Source: Phoronis australis (lineage: Eukaryota > Animalia > Phoronida). Taken from it: a stretch of DNA of 64,000 bases. The stretch spans positions 771,786 through 835,785 of the forward strand of contig NMRA01000110.1 in the NCBI GenBank assembly GCA_002633005.1, written 5' to 3'. Under the pieces are notes generated by a model. That model ran no database searches. It was not told where the DNA came from and saw only the letters and a list, made by a program, of their open reading frames with translations. Positions 1 through 12,133 of this stretch are shown piece by piece (the stretch's first letter is position 1; the number at the start of each line of letters is the position of its first letter). Both the position numbers and the translations under genes were made by a program.

Positions 1-437
1 CTTTTCTCCTAAATTTTACAATAAAAGCATAATCTCTTGAGCTTGTTAAAAATGGCAGATTGGTATTTAGTCAACTATTAAATTCTATGTAAATTCTGCT
101 TTCAGAAAATATATACTTTCACTGAGAGTTAAATTTTATAGTTTTACATATATTTTGCTAAATGTACAGATTTGTCAATAAGGTCTTATGTAACCTTAAG
201 GTGGTTGTTGTTGAATGTTAATAAGAACAAATGCAAACAACAGTCAATGTTTTACTCACAGCCGTTGAATTTGCATTAACTTGCCTAGGACTGTTTTAGT
301 CCCATGTACCACGAAGTGATTGACTTTTGATAATGATAAGCCCCAGTTTAATGTCTATCAGTTATCAAATGTTAGTTCATTGAAAAAACACCGTATGAAG
401 GTCTTGAGTGATTATGATTATTTTCTGTCTGCAGGAT

Positions 438-2198
438 ATGGCGTCAAACGATCCTGTTGCCCAGCTCCGTCGAGTCCTAGAGTGCCCCGTGTGCTTTGAG
501 CGATCGGGTGACCAGAGGGTTTTGCCATGTCTTCACTCATTTTGCAAAGACTGCTTGAACAGTCACATGACAGAACAGGGGCAAAGCGGTGAATTTCCAT
601 GTCCGCTGTGCAAAACAAAATTTCCTGTTCCAAGAGAAGGTGCCACTGGATTCCAACATAACTATTTTCATGCGGGTATCTGTGACATTGTTTTGAATTA
701 TGACAGCATGAATAAAATGCATTGTTCAGCTCATGGAGACCGGCTTTTGGAAATGTTTTGTGATCAGTGCAAGGTGGCCATATGTTCACGCTGCTCAACT
801 TCAAGTCATAAGCGACATGATACGAAAGATTTAGACGTTGCTGCAAAAGACGCCATTGAGGTGATGCGTGATTTGTTGAAACCTTGGCGAGATGTTACGC
901 AGCTCTGGGAAATATTGCGCGATAAACGACAACAAGTTGCACAAAGTTATGCCCAACAACAAAAAGCTTGTAAGAGTGAGATAAAACGTTTATACAGTGA
1001 TTTCCTGGCAGAGATCACTCGTCAAGTCAAGGTTAATGAAGAGAAAGCTATTGCAGAGTTGGAAAAACAAGTAGATGCGGCGAGAAAACAGGCAGAAGCT
1101 GCTTGCGATGAGGCTGAACTGAACAGGGCGAAGTTTGCTAGCGTTTATGATTATGTAAATAATGTTCTTGAGTCATGTCATGACGCTGAGAAACTGCAAC
1201 AATTTAATGAGATTAAGTCTCTTCTTAAAAACTCGAATATTGATCAAATCGAGACGCGGGTTGAAAAATCAGTCTTTGAAATCCAACCTGCGACAATTGC
1301 AGTTCCAAATGTAGCTGTGAATATTATGAAAAAAATGGAAGACGAAAATATTTCATCCAGTTTTTTTTTTGAAATGTTTGCCTCAGTTGTTTCAGTTTTC
1401 AGTAAATCACCTGTCCACCGTGTGACCCCTCAATTGACTGTTAAAAAACGTGTTCAACTTGAGCGGAGATTTAGCAGTCTGCTTGAGGGGGAGAGAGGAG
1501 GCTGTTGTCGTGGACTGGCAGTGGTTGATGGGGTGGTGGTTGTGACGGACAGTATCAACAAGAATGTCAAGGTGTTTCGTAAAAACAACGTGACATTCAA
1601 ATTAACGTTGAACACCGCCCAGCACCGACTGCAGGACCCTTTTGATGTGACATGTAATAGACTTGGTGAGATCTTCATCACTGACCTTGGTATTCAAGGA
1701 GTTGTCAAGTATGACGCCAGAGGTCAACAGATGAAGGTCTACCCAGGTGTGTATAAACATAGGGGGTGTATTACGTGTCACACCGACCAGCTGGTAGTGG
1801 CGGATACACAGGGTGGACGGGTGTTGTACACCGACTTTGAATGTAAGGTCCGTCAACAAATAGATGCCCGCTCCCTGGGTCTGAGTGAGTTTTCACCAGA
1901 CTGTATATGTGTGGATGAGAACACTGGACATGTGGTGGTGAGCCAGCAGACACATCCTCGTGTGTACGTGATTGACCCCACACAGCCGGCCGTTATACAC
2001 ACATTATTCAGTGATGCGCTGGGTGGGCCGTGCAGTCTGTGTGTGGATCAGTTCGGCCACATTCTCCTGGCTAACTTATTCGAGTACAGTATACATCTGT
2101 TGACCCTTGCACTTGCACACGCGATGTCGTCAGGCCTACAGCCCTATGTCCATCAGGCCCAGGGAGGGTGTACGTACTGGAGTTGGGAGGTGATGTGA
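438..2198 (+). CDS. TRIM2/3-like TRIM-NHL E3 ubiquitin ligase (RING, B-box2, coiled coil, NHL repeats); single coding exon; last NHL blade frameshifted
   Basis: C3HC4 RING (CPVC...PCLHSFCKDC...CPLC), B-box2 (CSAH...FCDQCKVAICSRC...HKRH), long heptad region, NHL repeats (GLAV..VVVTDS, PFDVTCNRLGEIFITD, PCSLCVDQFGHILLA). A splice acceptor (ttttttctgtctgcag, AG at 433-434) directly precedes ATG 438, so the GTG at 408 is probably intronic. The NHL-like ending continues in another frame to TAA 2222-2224. Confidence 0.9.
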   Translation: MASNDPVAQLRRVLECPVCFERSGDQRVLPCLHSFCKDCLNSHMTEQGQSGEFPCPLCKTKFPVPREGATGFQHNYFHAGICDIVLNYDSMNKMHCSAHGDRLLEMFCDQCKVAICSRCSTSSHKRHDTKDLDVAAKDAIEVMRDLLKPWRDVTQLWEILRDKRQQVAQSYAQQQKACKSEIKRLYSDFLAEITRQVKVNEEKAIAELEKQVDAARKQAEAACDEAELNRAKFASVYDYVNNVLESCHDAEKLQQFNEIKSLLKNSNIDQIETRVEKSVFEIQPATIAVPNVAVNIMKKMEDENISSSFFFEMFASVVSVFSKSPVHRVTPQLTVKKRVQLERRFSSLLEGERGGCCRGLAVVDGVVVVTDSINKNVKVFRKNNVTFKLTLNTAQHRLQDPFDVTCNRLGEIFITDLGIQGVVKYDARGQQMKVYPGVYKHRGCITCHTDQLVVADTQGGRVLYTDFECKVRQQIDARSLGLSEFSPDCICVDENTGHVVVSQQTHPRVYVIDPTQPAVIHTLFSDALGGPCSLCVDQFGHILLANLFEYSIHLLTLALAHAMSSGLQPYVHQAQGGCTYWSWEVM

Positions 2199-4109
2199 AG
2201 GAGTTTAGTTATCTTGATATCTAATTTAACACACCTGTACCATCACCTGGTTGAGTAAATGTTTGTGATAATGTTTTGTGAAACAACTTTTTGAAATTCT
2301 TCAAGTCTGTGTATAACATTGCGTGCAGACAACAAAGTAATATGGGACGTATTTTGGCTAAAGATTCCAATAAAAGTTTGAAAAAAGTCAGCACATTTAT
2401 ATCTGAAGGTCTGTGTATTGGAATGAACGTTGTAGTTATACCCTTAAATTTGTGTGTTTACCTTTTTACAGACCTGTTTGCCTGTGGCTAGTTGTAGGGA
2501 TTTTCGAACCTTTTGACTACAAAAAGGTAAACGGGGTTTGTTCAGAGCCTATGCATTGTTTATTCACTCCCCTCCGAGCCCCCCTGGTTGCGCAGCAATT
2601 CGCACCCGAGCTGCCAAATGGAATGTGGTAGAATTTTAGGTGGGCATAGCCCCCTTGCCCCCCACCCCAAATCCGCCACTGCTTAGGCCTACCTGGTCAC
2701 AGTGCTCGCTCAAACGAGGTTTATTTAGAACTTGGGGTCTTCTGGCGAACTGTGCAAAGTTGTTGGCTTTCAACAGAGATTTGCCCAGACTTTGCATGAG
2801 CGCACCAAGCCTAAAAAAATGGGGGGCTGAAATTTTTGGGAATGTCTACCTTTTACTATAAGATTCACTGGGTATGTTCAGAGCTATGAATTGCAGACGT
2901 TAAATTTTGGTACTTCTTGTCTTCTAGTGGACTATTGTCTCGTTTTCTACTTTTTTCGGAGTTCGTGCTTTTCTGACTGAAGCAAACCTTTTTCCATTTC
3001 TCCAAACAGGGGGCTCCTTCGAGCACATAAGTATGACAAATCCAATACAAAATGTTATAATTTTTTATTCATTAAGCCAAAATGATTCAACCTTTTACCG
3101 TAATAAGTAACTTAAAATGCACAATACTTTACAACATTTAAGCATTACAAACGCTATTCAATAGCACAAGTTTCCATGATATGAAAATTGGATATACATG
3201 TATCTATTACCATGGTGACCGAATAGTGTTTCCTTACACCAGAATTTGACAAGCATGATTTTAAAAAATATGAAGTTGCAAGGAGCAAGAATTGGAGGCT
3301 TGAAGCTTCACAATCCAACATAGCTTATTTCTCTAATTAAGATTCTTCATATTGTTGACTTGATAACCTGATTTAAGAAAGCAATAAGTTACAAAACATG
3401 ACTTGAAAGCAGTTTAGACTTAAAATGTAGAAGAATGTGATTCATTTTGTGACACTTAATCAAGCCTTGAACAGCAATTTCAAAATTATTTCAACTATTT
3501 TTTTAGCTTTTTTTAGATCACCTGAATTGGAAATTCACAGAAAAATAATTCGAATGCATCTTATATTTTTTGCACAAAAACACGAAAATTGAACAAAGTT
3601 CCTTTTTTGTAGCAACGTTTATCAAAATGTATCAACGTTAAATCTTCACAATTACAAATTAACAGGTTGAACATGCCTTCCAGTTCAGAAAAAGTCGCCA
3701 TGTTGTCGGTGCCACCAGAAATGAGATTGAGTCCAACGGGAATTGTGAGCACATTTATCACTTAATAAGTAACAACTGCGAGGCTGAAATTTGGTGAAAA
3801 CTGTTGAATCGTGCAGAATAGCACGTAAAGATATGTCTCACTAAATTTCACCGTAAATTGTTGGCGAAAACAATTTACACAAAGTTTTAAACTCGTAACT
3901 TATCCCGCTGTCCTCCAATATGGCCGACGCGATCCAAACTAAGTGACCCAAATTTCGCCACAAAAATTGTAATAACTTTACACTGCTTGCCTCGATTTTG
4001 ATACTTTTTCGATTTTACTGAGTAGAATGCACTACCTTTCCGATGATAGCAAAGTACTTTTTCAAAACGAAAAAAAAAATTCAAAACGAAAAAAAATTAA
4101 AAACGAAAA

Positions 4110-6876
4110 AGTGGTTCGACTCATATTGGTTCCTAGGTTCGATCGTCCTACGTAAGGAACTAAACAGCAATGCTATTTTAACACAATAAGTACGCGTAAC
4201 ATTCCAAAAGAATTCAACGACCACTAACTACAAACTATAAATACACTACACACACAAACGAATCACAAGATATTACTAATAAAACAAAATAATGAAGACT
4301 TTTCCAGCAAGCGATAGCACATTCAGTTGCAAGGAAAAAATGGCGGCGTTCAGGTCAAGTTCCTGAACTGACCAGCCGGAAATGTGGTACGGAAATAACC
4401 GATGACTGCCGGTAATTATACGCTCACAGAGAAGGGTCAATATTGTTTAAAAATTGCTTTTGGTAAGAAAGGCGAAAAGAAAATAAGATTTTATGTAGTA
4501 AGTATTTGCGGATACTGGAACCACATGAGCATTTTTCGACCAGGTCTTTAATAAATGTCCACATTCTCAAAAACTCGAGCCTCCATTTTTAGGCTTGGTG
4601 TGCGCATGCTTCTATCACAAGCAGTGTTACAGATACTTAACGGATGTAACAAAAATTGAAAGAGCTCTTAAAAAAGAAAAAGACCAAGGTGATAATGGAA
4701 ATAATGTTGAGCACACTAGAAAATTAAGGAGATTGTCACTGTCAGTTACATGTACATTTAACAGTGCTCAAAGAAATATACCTTATGTCTTGCCACCACA
4801 ATGAACCGTTTGCCACAAATCAAATTTCATCACAGGGGAACTTCACAAACAAAAGAAAAGTTGAAAACCTATCCTAGTTCCAAACATTCAATTGTAAATA
4901 CGCCTACCTATTCTTAATTTGAAAAGGTGCCATTTATGGTAAATAATCTTTAGTTTAGGTCACAGAACAAAAATTATTTTGCTTGATAAATTTGTAGTAA
5001 TAGTAGTCTCAAGCTCAAATGTACTGGGAGTAGTTTTTAACTACATGTGAGTGATCAGCGCAGTGTGACTGCTTTTTATGAGCTTCTAAATCTATTTTGA
5101 GATCCTTTTAAAATCATAAGCAGTGATTGGAATTTGAGAAATATAAAAATGGAAATATTGCCTGTGTTCTGTAATTTATTTATCTTGAAAATTCAAATGT
5201 TGCGCAGGTTTCAGTATCTCACATTTTGAAGATTCTTGAATTGGAGTTTTTAGCAAAGGAAAATTTTTACTCTTCCAATTATGTGCTATTTGAAACAGGA
5301 AGCGTCAAATGAAATTTAAGCTCTACGGTAAAGACGACGCTTTTCAATTTCAAACTATTGCCAACATGACCATTCCTCTATTTTTCAAAGGCTGAACTAC
5401 TGTATTAAGGATGATAAAGATGTTTCTATGTTTTAAGTTGTTTGAAGGCAGCTACACAGTGCAATCAATGCTAGTAATGATGCTCATTTCTCTTAATGCT
5501 TATTTTGCTGAGCACTTAGACAAAATAAAATTTCAGTTGTTGGCCATACTGTGTGCTAAAGTGAAGAGTATTTTGATTATCTATTTAAGTTAAATAGGAT
5601 TACTGTAACAAGGTGTTTAGATGAAACGGTATTCAGATTGCCAAAACTTTTTTATTTTGGGTAGGGTGCAGGCTTGCAGAGATATTTTTTTAACTTTGTC
5701 TTTGCCATTAAAGTTGAGCTCAAAATTTGTGTTTCCTGGTTAACTCATGGAAGGCATGGAACCGTTTGTATGGAAGCTGTACGGCGAGTCATCAAACAGT
5801 TAACAAAGCACGCTACCACATATTCAGGTTGAAATCTGTGATCTGCCTCCTCATCATGATTGTTTGCTGCTACATGCTAAAAGAGCAAACTACCAACGTG
5901 CCATTCACAAACGAGCCTTGCAACAGCATGTCAGTGCACCATCTCCAGTTGCTAATGGGTGGCTTTTGGAGCGGGGTAATCTGATGCTCCACTGGATGAC
6001 TCTACCTTTAGCCCCAGAAAATGCCATAAAAAATGTTAGTGGCAAGTGTAAAAGAAGTGACTGTAGTAAAAACTGTGCTCTTGTTTGGAGTCAGGCATGC
6101 CATGTTCTAAGTTGTGTGACTGTCCAGACTTTGTGAACACGGTGTCTCAATCAATAAACACCATTTGATGACAATAATGATGATATAAATGATGATGGAG
6201 TGGATGAAGAAACACAATAAGTTATGCTATGTTGCTAAAGAACTTTAAATTTTCAACCTAATAGAAAATATGACAACATTTCATTATGATCATGACTCAG
6301 ACTGACACTGCTCGGTGTCTCGTTGCCTGTGACAGTTGGCAGTGAACTGCAATGTAGGATAATGTTAATTAATTATGACAATTAATGAAATTGATGACAG
6401 AAAATTTGTTGCATAAGCATTGGAAATGTATGGTGTTCACATGTAGGTTGTGACGTCAAATCTTTATCAAGTTCCAAATGGTTAACAGTTCAGTTCTTTT
6501 TATAGGAGTTCAGAATATAGTAAGTATGTTTTCTGGCCGACAGGAGGCGCTGCTAAAATTTTACTTTTTCACTTTTTTGAGCAATTTTCCGCCTAATGTC
6601 ATAATAGTTATAACTTTCCTTGTCCAATAACTTTAAATGAACAAATCCAATCAGATTATCATTCAGTTTTTATCTAGTGCTGTTGTTGAAGATTGGTTTT
6701 CTGTGTCAAATTTTGTAAAAAGTCAGATTTTTAGGTCAAATTTCTCGAAAACGTGCAAGTCAAACCTTGGGAACTGTTTAGATTCTACTTAATGACCTTA
6801 AAAAACCAAAATTATATTGCCCCCAAAAAGTGGCCACGGAAGTGATTTTCTAGGCTTCCTAGAGTCGAATGGACTG
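4110..6876 (+). mobile_element. Degenerate, internally deleted Academ-like DNA transposon
   Basis: ORF fragments: FYHKQCYRYLT..KIERA (4595-4804) and VNKARYHIF..LPP..LLLHAKRANYQ..SAPSPVANGW..LMLHWMTLPLAPE..KCKRSDCSKNC (5727-6136), the pattern I recall from the C-terminal Cys-rich part of Academ proteins. Imperfect terminal inverted match: agtggttcgactc (4110-4122) vs gagtcgaatggact (6862-6875). Boundaries approximate. Confidence 0.6.
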
Positions 6877-9233
6877 TGGCCTGTTGTGCGTGGCGTCATT
6901 TTATCATCTTAGTAAAACGCACTTTCTCACATTTCAGTTCGAGTGAGGCACGTGTTGTAAAGATTGTGCGCTGTTCTTTATTTTCAATACCAAAATTCTA
7001 TTCACGATGTCAATAACATTATCTTATTTCTACCATATTAAATAACTGTGATCATAGTGTTCTCAAGTGTACAATTAACATTTTTCTAACTTCAAATAGT
7101 CCCATTAATGCAATATGTCAAGTTTGCTAGATTTTGGTATTCTAATTGAAATTATTCAGACTATTGATTAAAGGGTAAATTCATGGATTAAACTGTGATT
7201 ACTTAGAGTTCGTTTCAATTGAAATTGTCACTTTTAACTTAGGCGGATTTAGAGGGGAGGGGCAGGGGCCCCCTCTTGACTGCCGCCAAAAAATAAAACA
7301 GCAAGAGCGTGAGGAAATATTGAGTATATCAATTAACCCTAAAAAAGCTCTTTAGATATTTCAGAGTTCAACTTTCTTCAGATAAATGTAGCTTTTCAGA
7401 TTTTAGGTGTGCTCCCTACAACAGAATCTACAAAAGAGTAGGAAACAACCAGATGACCACCTGGGAGATTATTACTTTTAAGGCCAGGGGATGCTTTGAT
7501 TTGCAGTTATAAGAATCAAACACAAGTGCGATTTTATCGCTGATCTATAGACTTAGAGACGGTAAATTCTATCGGACTTTGCCACCATTTCCTATCATAG
7601 CATGGACATCATTTCGCGTTACTTTTTTGCCATCATCTGAGCCTCTTCTGTGTATGTGATAAGATCTCCTTCAGAAAGAATTACGTTTTACGTAGGCAAA
7701 CTGTTGTTTACAGCTTGGTATATTTACATTTTGTTGTCCTCAATCCACTAACTACAGAAATATATCAACTAACCTGGGTGATAATGTCTAATGGAACAGG
7801 CAGTGACAAAACACAAAATGAATTACCAGTTAGTGATTGCAGTTGATGTTAAGTAAACTTAATTGAAGAGCATTTACTTATAGGTACCCTGAGTACATGC
7901 AAAGCTATTTTCTCTTCTCTGAATGAGCTTTAATGTGTTGGAGGAGTATTTTGGTGCTGTCTTGGGACTAAAGTTTCCTGCCTATTTACCCTGGTTATAC
8001 ATGTATCTCCACTGTCACATATAAATCAGTCTCAGTCCCTATCTGAAGTGGTTGTAGGGCACAACCCACACACAATTACGACATATAACTCAACTGTGTA
8101 TTTGACCTGTTCATGTCAATGTTGTTAACCAAGCATATAAGGAGCGTTTGACTGAAGACTGAACATGTATAGCCAAAACATAGCCTGGGATCGAACACAA
8201 TGATGATGGTAGCAAGAAAACGCTGGAAAGTCGCAAATGGATTTCAGCTGTCGTTTTTATTAGTTGGGCACTTATTTTTTATATTATCCTCATGAATGAG
8301 CTAGGTTGCATTCTAACAAGAAAAAAGAATAGTTTATAAAACTGTGACATCAGCATATTTCTAAGGTGTAAAGTCGGTTTCTTTTTGGGATTCAGATTGT
8401 TACTATTTATACTTGTACGAAAATGGAGAATGGGTTTACTTTGGTCAAATTCGATGTACCTTTTACACATTCAAATGAAAAACTATGAATAATGGATAAA
8501 CAAGATTGCTTGGTTAATAATGTCTAAGATTCTCTTGACAACTGTCTACAACTTGATAAAAAATCTGCCATTATTTCGTGTCTTGTTCTACTCACTGGAT
8601 TTTACTTAAATGAATGTAAAACTATTATATCCAACTGTTATGAAAAAATCATGAAGTTCTCAAAAGTGTATGAATGAAACTGAAAAGCTTGAAATAAACC
8701 ACCAAAGTGTGTCACTGAAAATTACCTTTGTATCTTAGTCCACCTTCACATCAACTTATTATTTTGTAAAATTATAAATATTGGGTGTAGAAAAAATCGA
8801 TGTCATGTCATACACTGTTTGACCCATCGGTATAGTACCATGACGATATCAGGTTCACGTAGATTAAACGGCGCAAGAAACCACAGGATACAGTTGCAAA
8901 ATTTGTCACATATTGGTCCAGGTCGTTGTCACTGATCTCAAACCTACGTCGGAGTCATTCGTCCAGTGTGTAAACACTTTGGCCACATCTCAAAAGAGAA
9001 TAAAGACACAGTAACGAAAAAGAGTATTGCTGCAAAGAAATTGACGAAGGCAGAAAAACATTCTTTAAGAGAATAAAGCTAGTAGAACAAAAACTATAAT
9101 CAGAAGCAAAATATGAGTACTTTGCGAGAAAAATCGTGTAGTTAATGATTTCCAACGAAATATGTGTTTTGAATTGGTCTAAAAATTTGACACTGATATA
9201 GCATAAAGTATTATAGCTTTATTCACACTGAGT

Positions 9234-12133
9234 CTACAAAACTACAACACCAATCGATAACAAATCCAAAATACAAAGCAAGGCCCTCAAGTTCCGCTGA
9301 ATGAAATTGTACCACGAAGGCATAATGCAGAGGTTAGAAAGCCCAGTGGGTCATTTGTGGAACACCATGATTCGTGAACCAAAAAAAAAATTAAAAATCC
9401 CAGATATATAGCAAATTTTTAAATTCTGTAAGAATAGTTGAGTATGCCTCTGGCCAAGTGTGCCACGATAATTTTGTCATTGTATTGGCATTATTATACG
9501 TTCGTTCGAGTTCATGATTGCCTGGATCATTAGTTAGTGCATTGAATAAGTAGTATTTCGCTAACTCATATCTCTTCGTAAAAAAGTAACTATACCCTAT
9601 ACCTTCAAAAATTAAACTTTTACATTGGGATGTCAGGAAGAGATATTTCGTGCCTGGCTGACAACCTTTTGTGGCACAAATCCTCCTTGAAAGTTTCATG
9701 AAATCGTTTCTAATTGTACTTGATCGTATAAGCTTCGGAGCCGGTAAACTGTTTTCATCATTTAGTTCATGAAGTGTTAAGTTCAGTAACTCCACTGAGT
9801 ACTTTAGAGAATCATCGAAATTTTGTTCATCATGGTAAATTTTTGCCATGACTTTTAACGTTTGTTTAAGGACAAGAAAGTCGGCTCTGTCATTACGCTA
9901 AATGCAGGGATACAATTTATCTCGTGACCAATGAAGATATCGCAATATAACACCATTTCTTTCTCTTCCGTTTGTAGAACGAGTCTCGGTTATCATCTGG
10001 GCTATATCAAGAGTTGGACAAACCATTTCCACCGACGACACAAGAACATCAGAATGCAACGATAATGCTTTGTCGACGTCTTCTAACAAAAAACTAAGGA
10101 GCATAATCTGTCGGGATATTAGGGTAAGACGAATTTCTGTGTATGGAAAATCTGCTTCGGGGAACAAACATATTAATGTTAGCATCCTCATCGCTTGTAA
10201 TAGTTAGTCATATTGCCTTTCACTGAACTCTGAAGGTGATTCAGGGAGCTTGCTTTTGAGTTCTTCATACCACGCATAGATACAAACATCCATTTCACTT
10301 ATTTTTACAATCTTGGGGGAAAGACATCTCGTGAGCTCGTGGTAACCCAGGCTTGGACCTACCGTGGCTATGTTCACCAAACACAGGAAAGTGTACGGAT
10401 CAGTGACGTCATAGGAAATTTGCTTTTCTTGATCGTAAAGGTATCCACAGAAAACCCCACAACCCTGATGCTTTCTTGTTTTGGCGGCCCATGTGTTCTC
10501 AAGTTGCAGGACAAACTTAAGGGCATTTTCGAACGATAGCAGTCGCATCTCTATTAAACCTTCTATGTATTGGCTGCAGATATAGAAACGTACAAACGCG
10601 GTTATGAATCGAAAATTCTTATAATATGTAGTTGATGAAAGGGACGATTGTACCGAAATATCTAAAGAGCAACAGTTTGCTTTCTTGAACGAACGATGCC
10701 TTTTTTGGTCGAGGCCAGACGTCCTGTGGTTGCACGCTCTTGAGTTCATTTTGCTGCGACTTATGGGTGTACATCACAAGGCGTAAATGTTTTACTATGG
10801 ATATTGCAACTTCTAAGTTGTGTGCGGATTGCTCAGCAATAATTCCCTCTGTGACCATTTCATCCAAAATGTCCCACGGAGTACTGCTGTTTAGAAAATA
10901 AACAGTTTTAAGCAAACTGATTACAAGGCTGGGTAACCTGAACATCCCTTCTTTAATGTCGGAGACATCCCCGTCACCAACGAAACTCAGGTGTGGTAAA
11001 TATCTTTTAACCACGTTCGTCATGCCATGGTGCGCTTTAGACCTCGCTGCTGTCCGTTTCGTCAGTTTTCGTCTATTGGACTTTAACTCTTTAATTAAAC
11101 TATTCGCCCCTTTGCTTCCACCGATTTTGACGACAGTTTTCGTCTATTGGACTTAAATTCTTCAATCAGTCTATCCGCTCCTTTTCTCCCGCCAATTTTA
11201 ATTACAGATGCTAACATGCTATCAATATCATAACCTTCCTTCAGAGCTGTATTGTATTCACAGAGCTGCGCCATATATTGAGGTGTTCTGAGTTAACTCT
11301 ATTCCTTTCCTCATTGGTTTATCAGGACGACCAAGCGGTGTGTGGCAGGCATGTGGCGCTGTCGAACTGGAAACCACGGGGGGTCATTACATCTTTGAAC
11401 CAGTTTCCTCCAGGTTTGTCGTTGTCGTTCAGTGATTTGATTTGCATAGGTTTCAAAACAGTTTCTCTTAAATTCAAAACAAATAAATTCGCCATTCCCA
11501 CCAAATTCCTAAAATATTCAATGTTACTTTCATTTTCAACCAGAATGCACCACTCAATATCGGAATACGTTGTCGTTTCACCTCTAGCCAGAGAGCCTAA
11601 CCCTAAAACTGCAAACTGTTGAGGAGGTGTTCCCAGTATCCGTATTGATGTAAAAATCAGACTCCAGAAAAAGTTTCTCACCTTGTGACTAACGTCTTTG
11701 AAAAATTGCCTTGTCTCACGAACGTATTCTTTTTCAGTGTCTATTCGCTTGTTGTCTGACCGATTTGCATTAAATTTAGCCTGAATTTCTGCCATTAGCA
11801 CGTTCGCGCTTTGAGACGTCGTCTCTCTGATATTAGTTAGATTAAATCGAACGTTGGAAATGTCATTAAAAGGTGTTTTTTCGCATTTTAGTAACAGTAT
11901 CTCGCAAAAGGTAACTTCATTTCTTTTGATTACCACTTCATTATTTAATATTCTTTGATCGCTTGGTTCGCAAAATAGCGGCATTGTAGAGCGCAAATGC
12001 TTTAGTGAAATCGCCACGGATCTTGGTCATCGTACCCCTCTCTGCATAAATGTCACCCATTTTTCAGCAGCCTACTGTCCAAATCGTCTCTCGATCCATT
12101 GAAGAGAGTCTCAGCAAGGAGTTCTTTTTCCAT
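9234..12133 (-). pseudogene. Pseudogenised paralog of the nucleotidyltransferase-TPR-TM gene at 27840-30860
   Basis: ORF pieces 11322-12017, 10619-11023, 10204-10749, 9898-10191 and 9391-9849 align in order to the intact copy, with the same FAVLGLGSLARGETTTYSDIEWCILVE motif. Lesions: frameshift near 11945, 5-bp deletion near 11361, 71-bp duplication at 11063-11204, stop plus deletion near 10590-10621, stops at 10204 and 9898, frame break near the A-run 9381-9390. ATG in good context (gcgATGg) at 12133. Hydrophobic tail LRALLCILDLLSIGVVVL* ends at 9234, with AATAAA on the minus strand at 9218-9223. Confidence 0.9.

Noticed and set aside
408-437. GTG start and MIMIIFCLQD N-terminus of the TRIM ORF
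   Set aside because: It overlaps a polypyrimidine tract and cag acceptor; in an animal gene ATG 438 is the plausible start.
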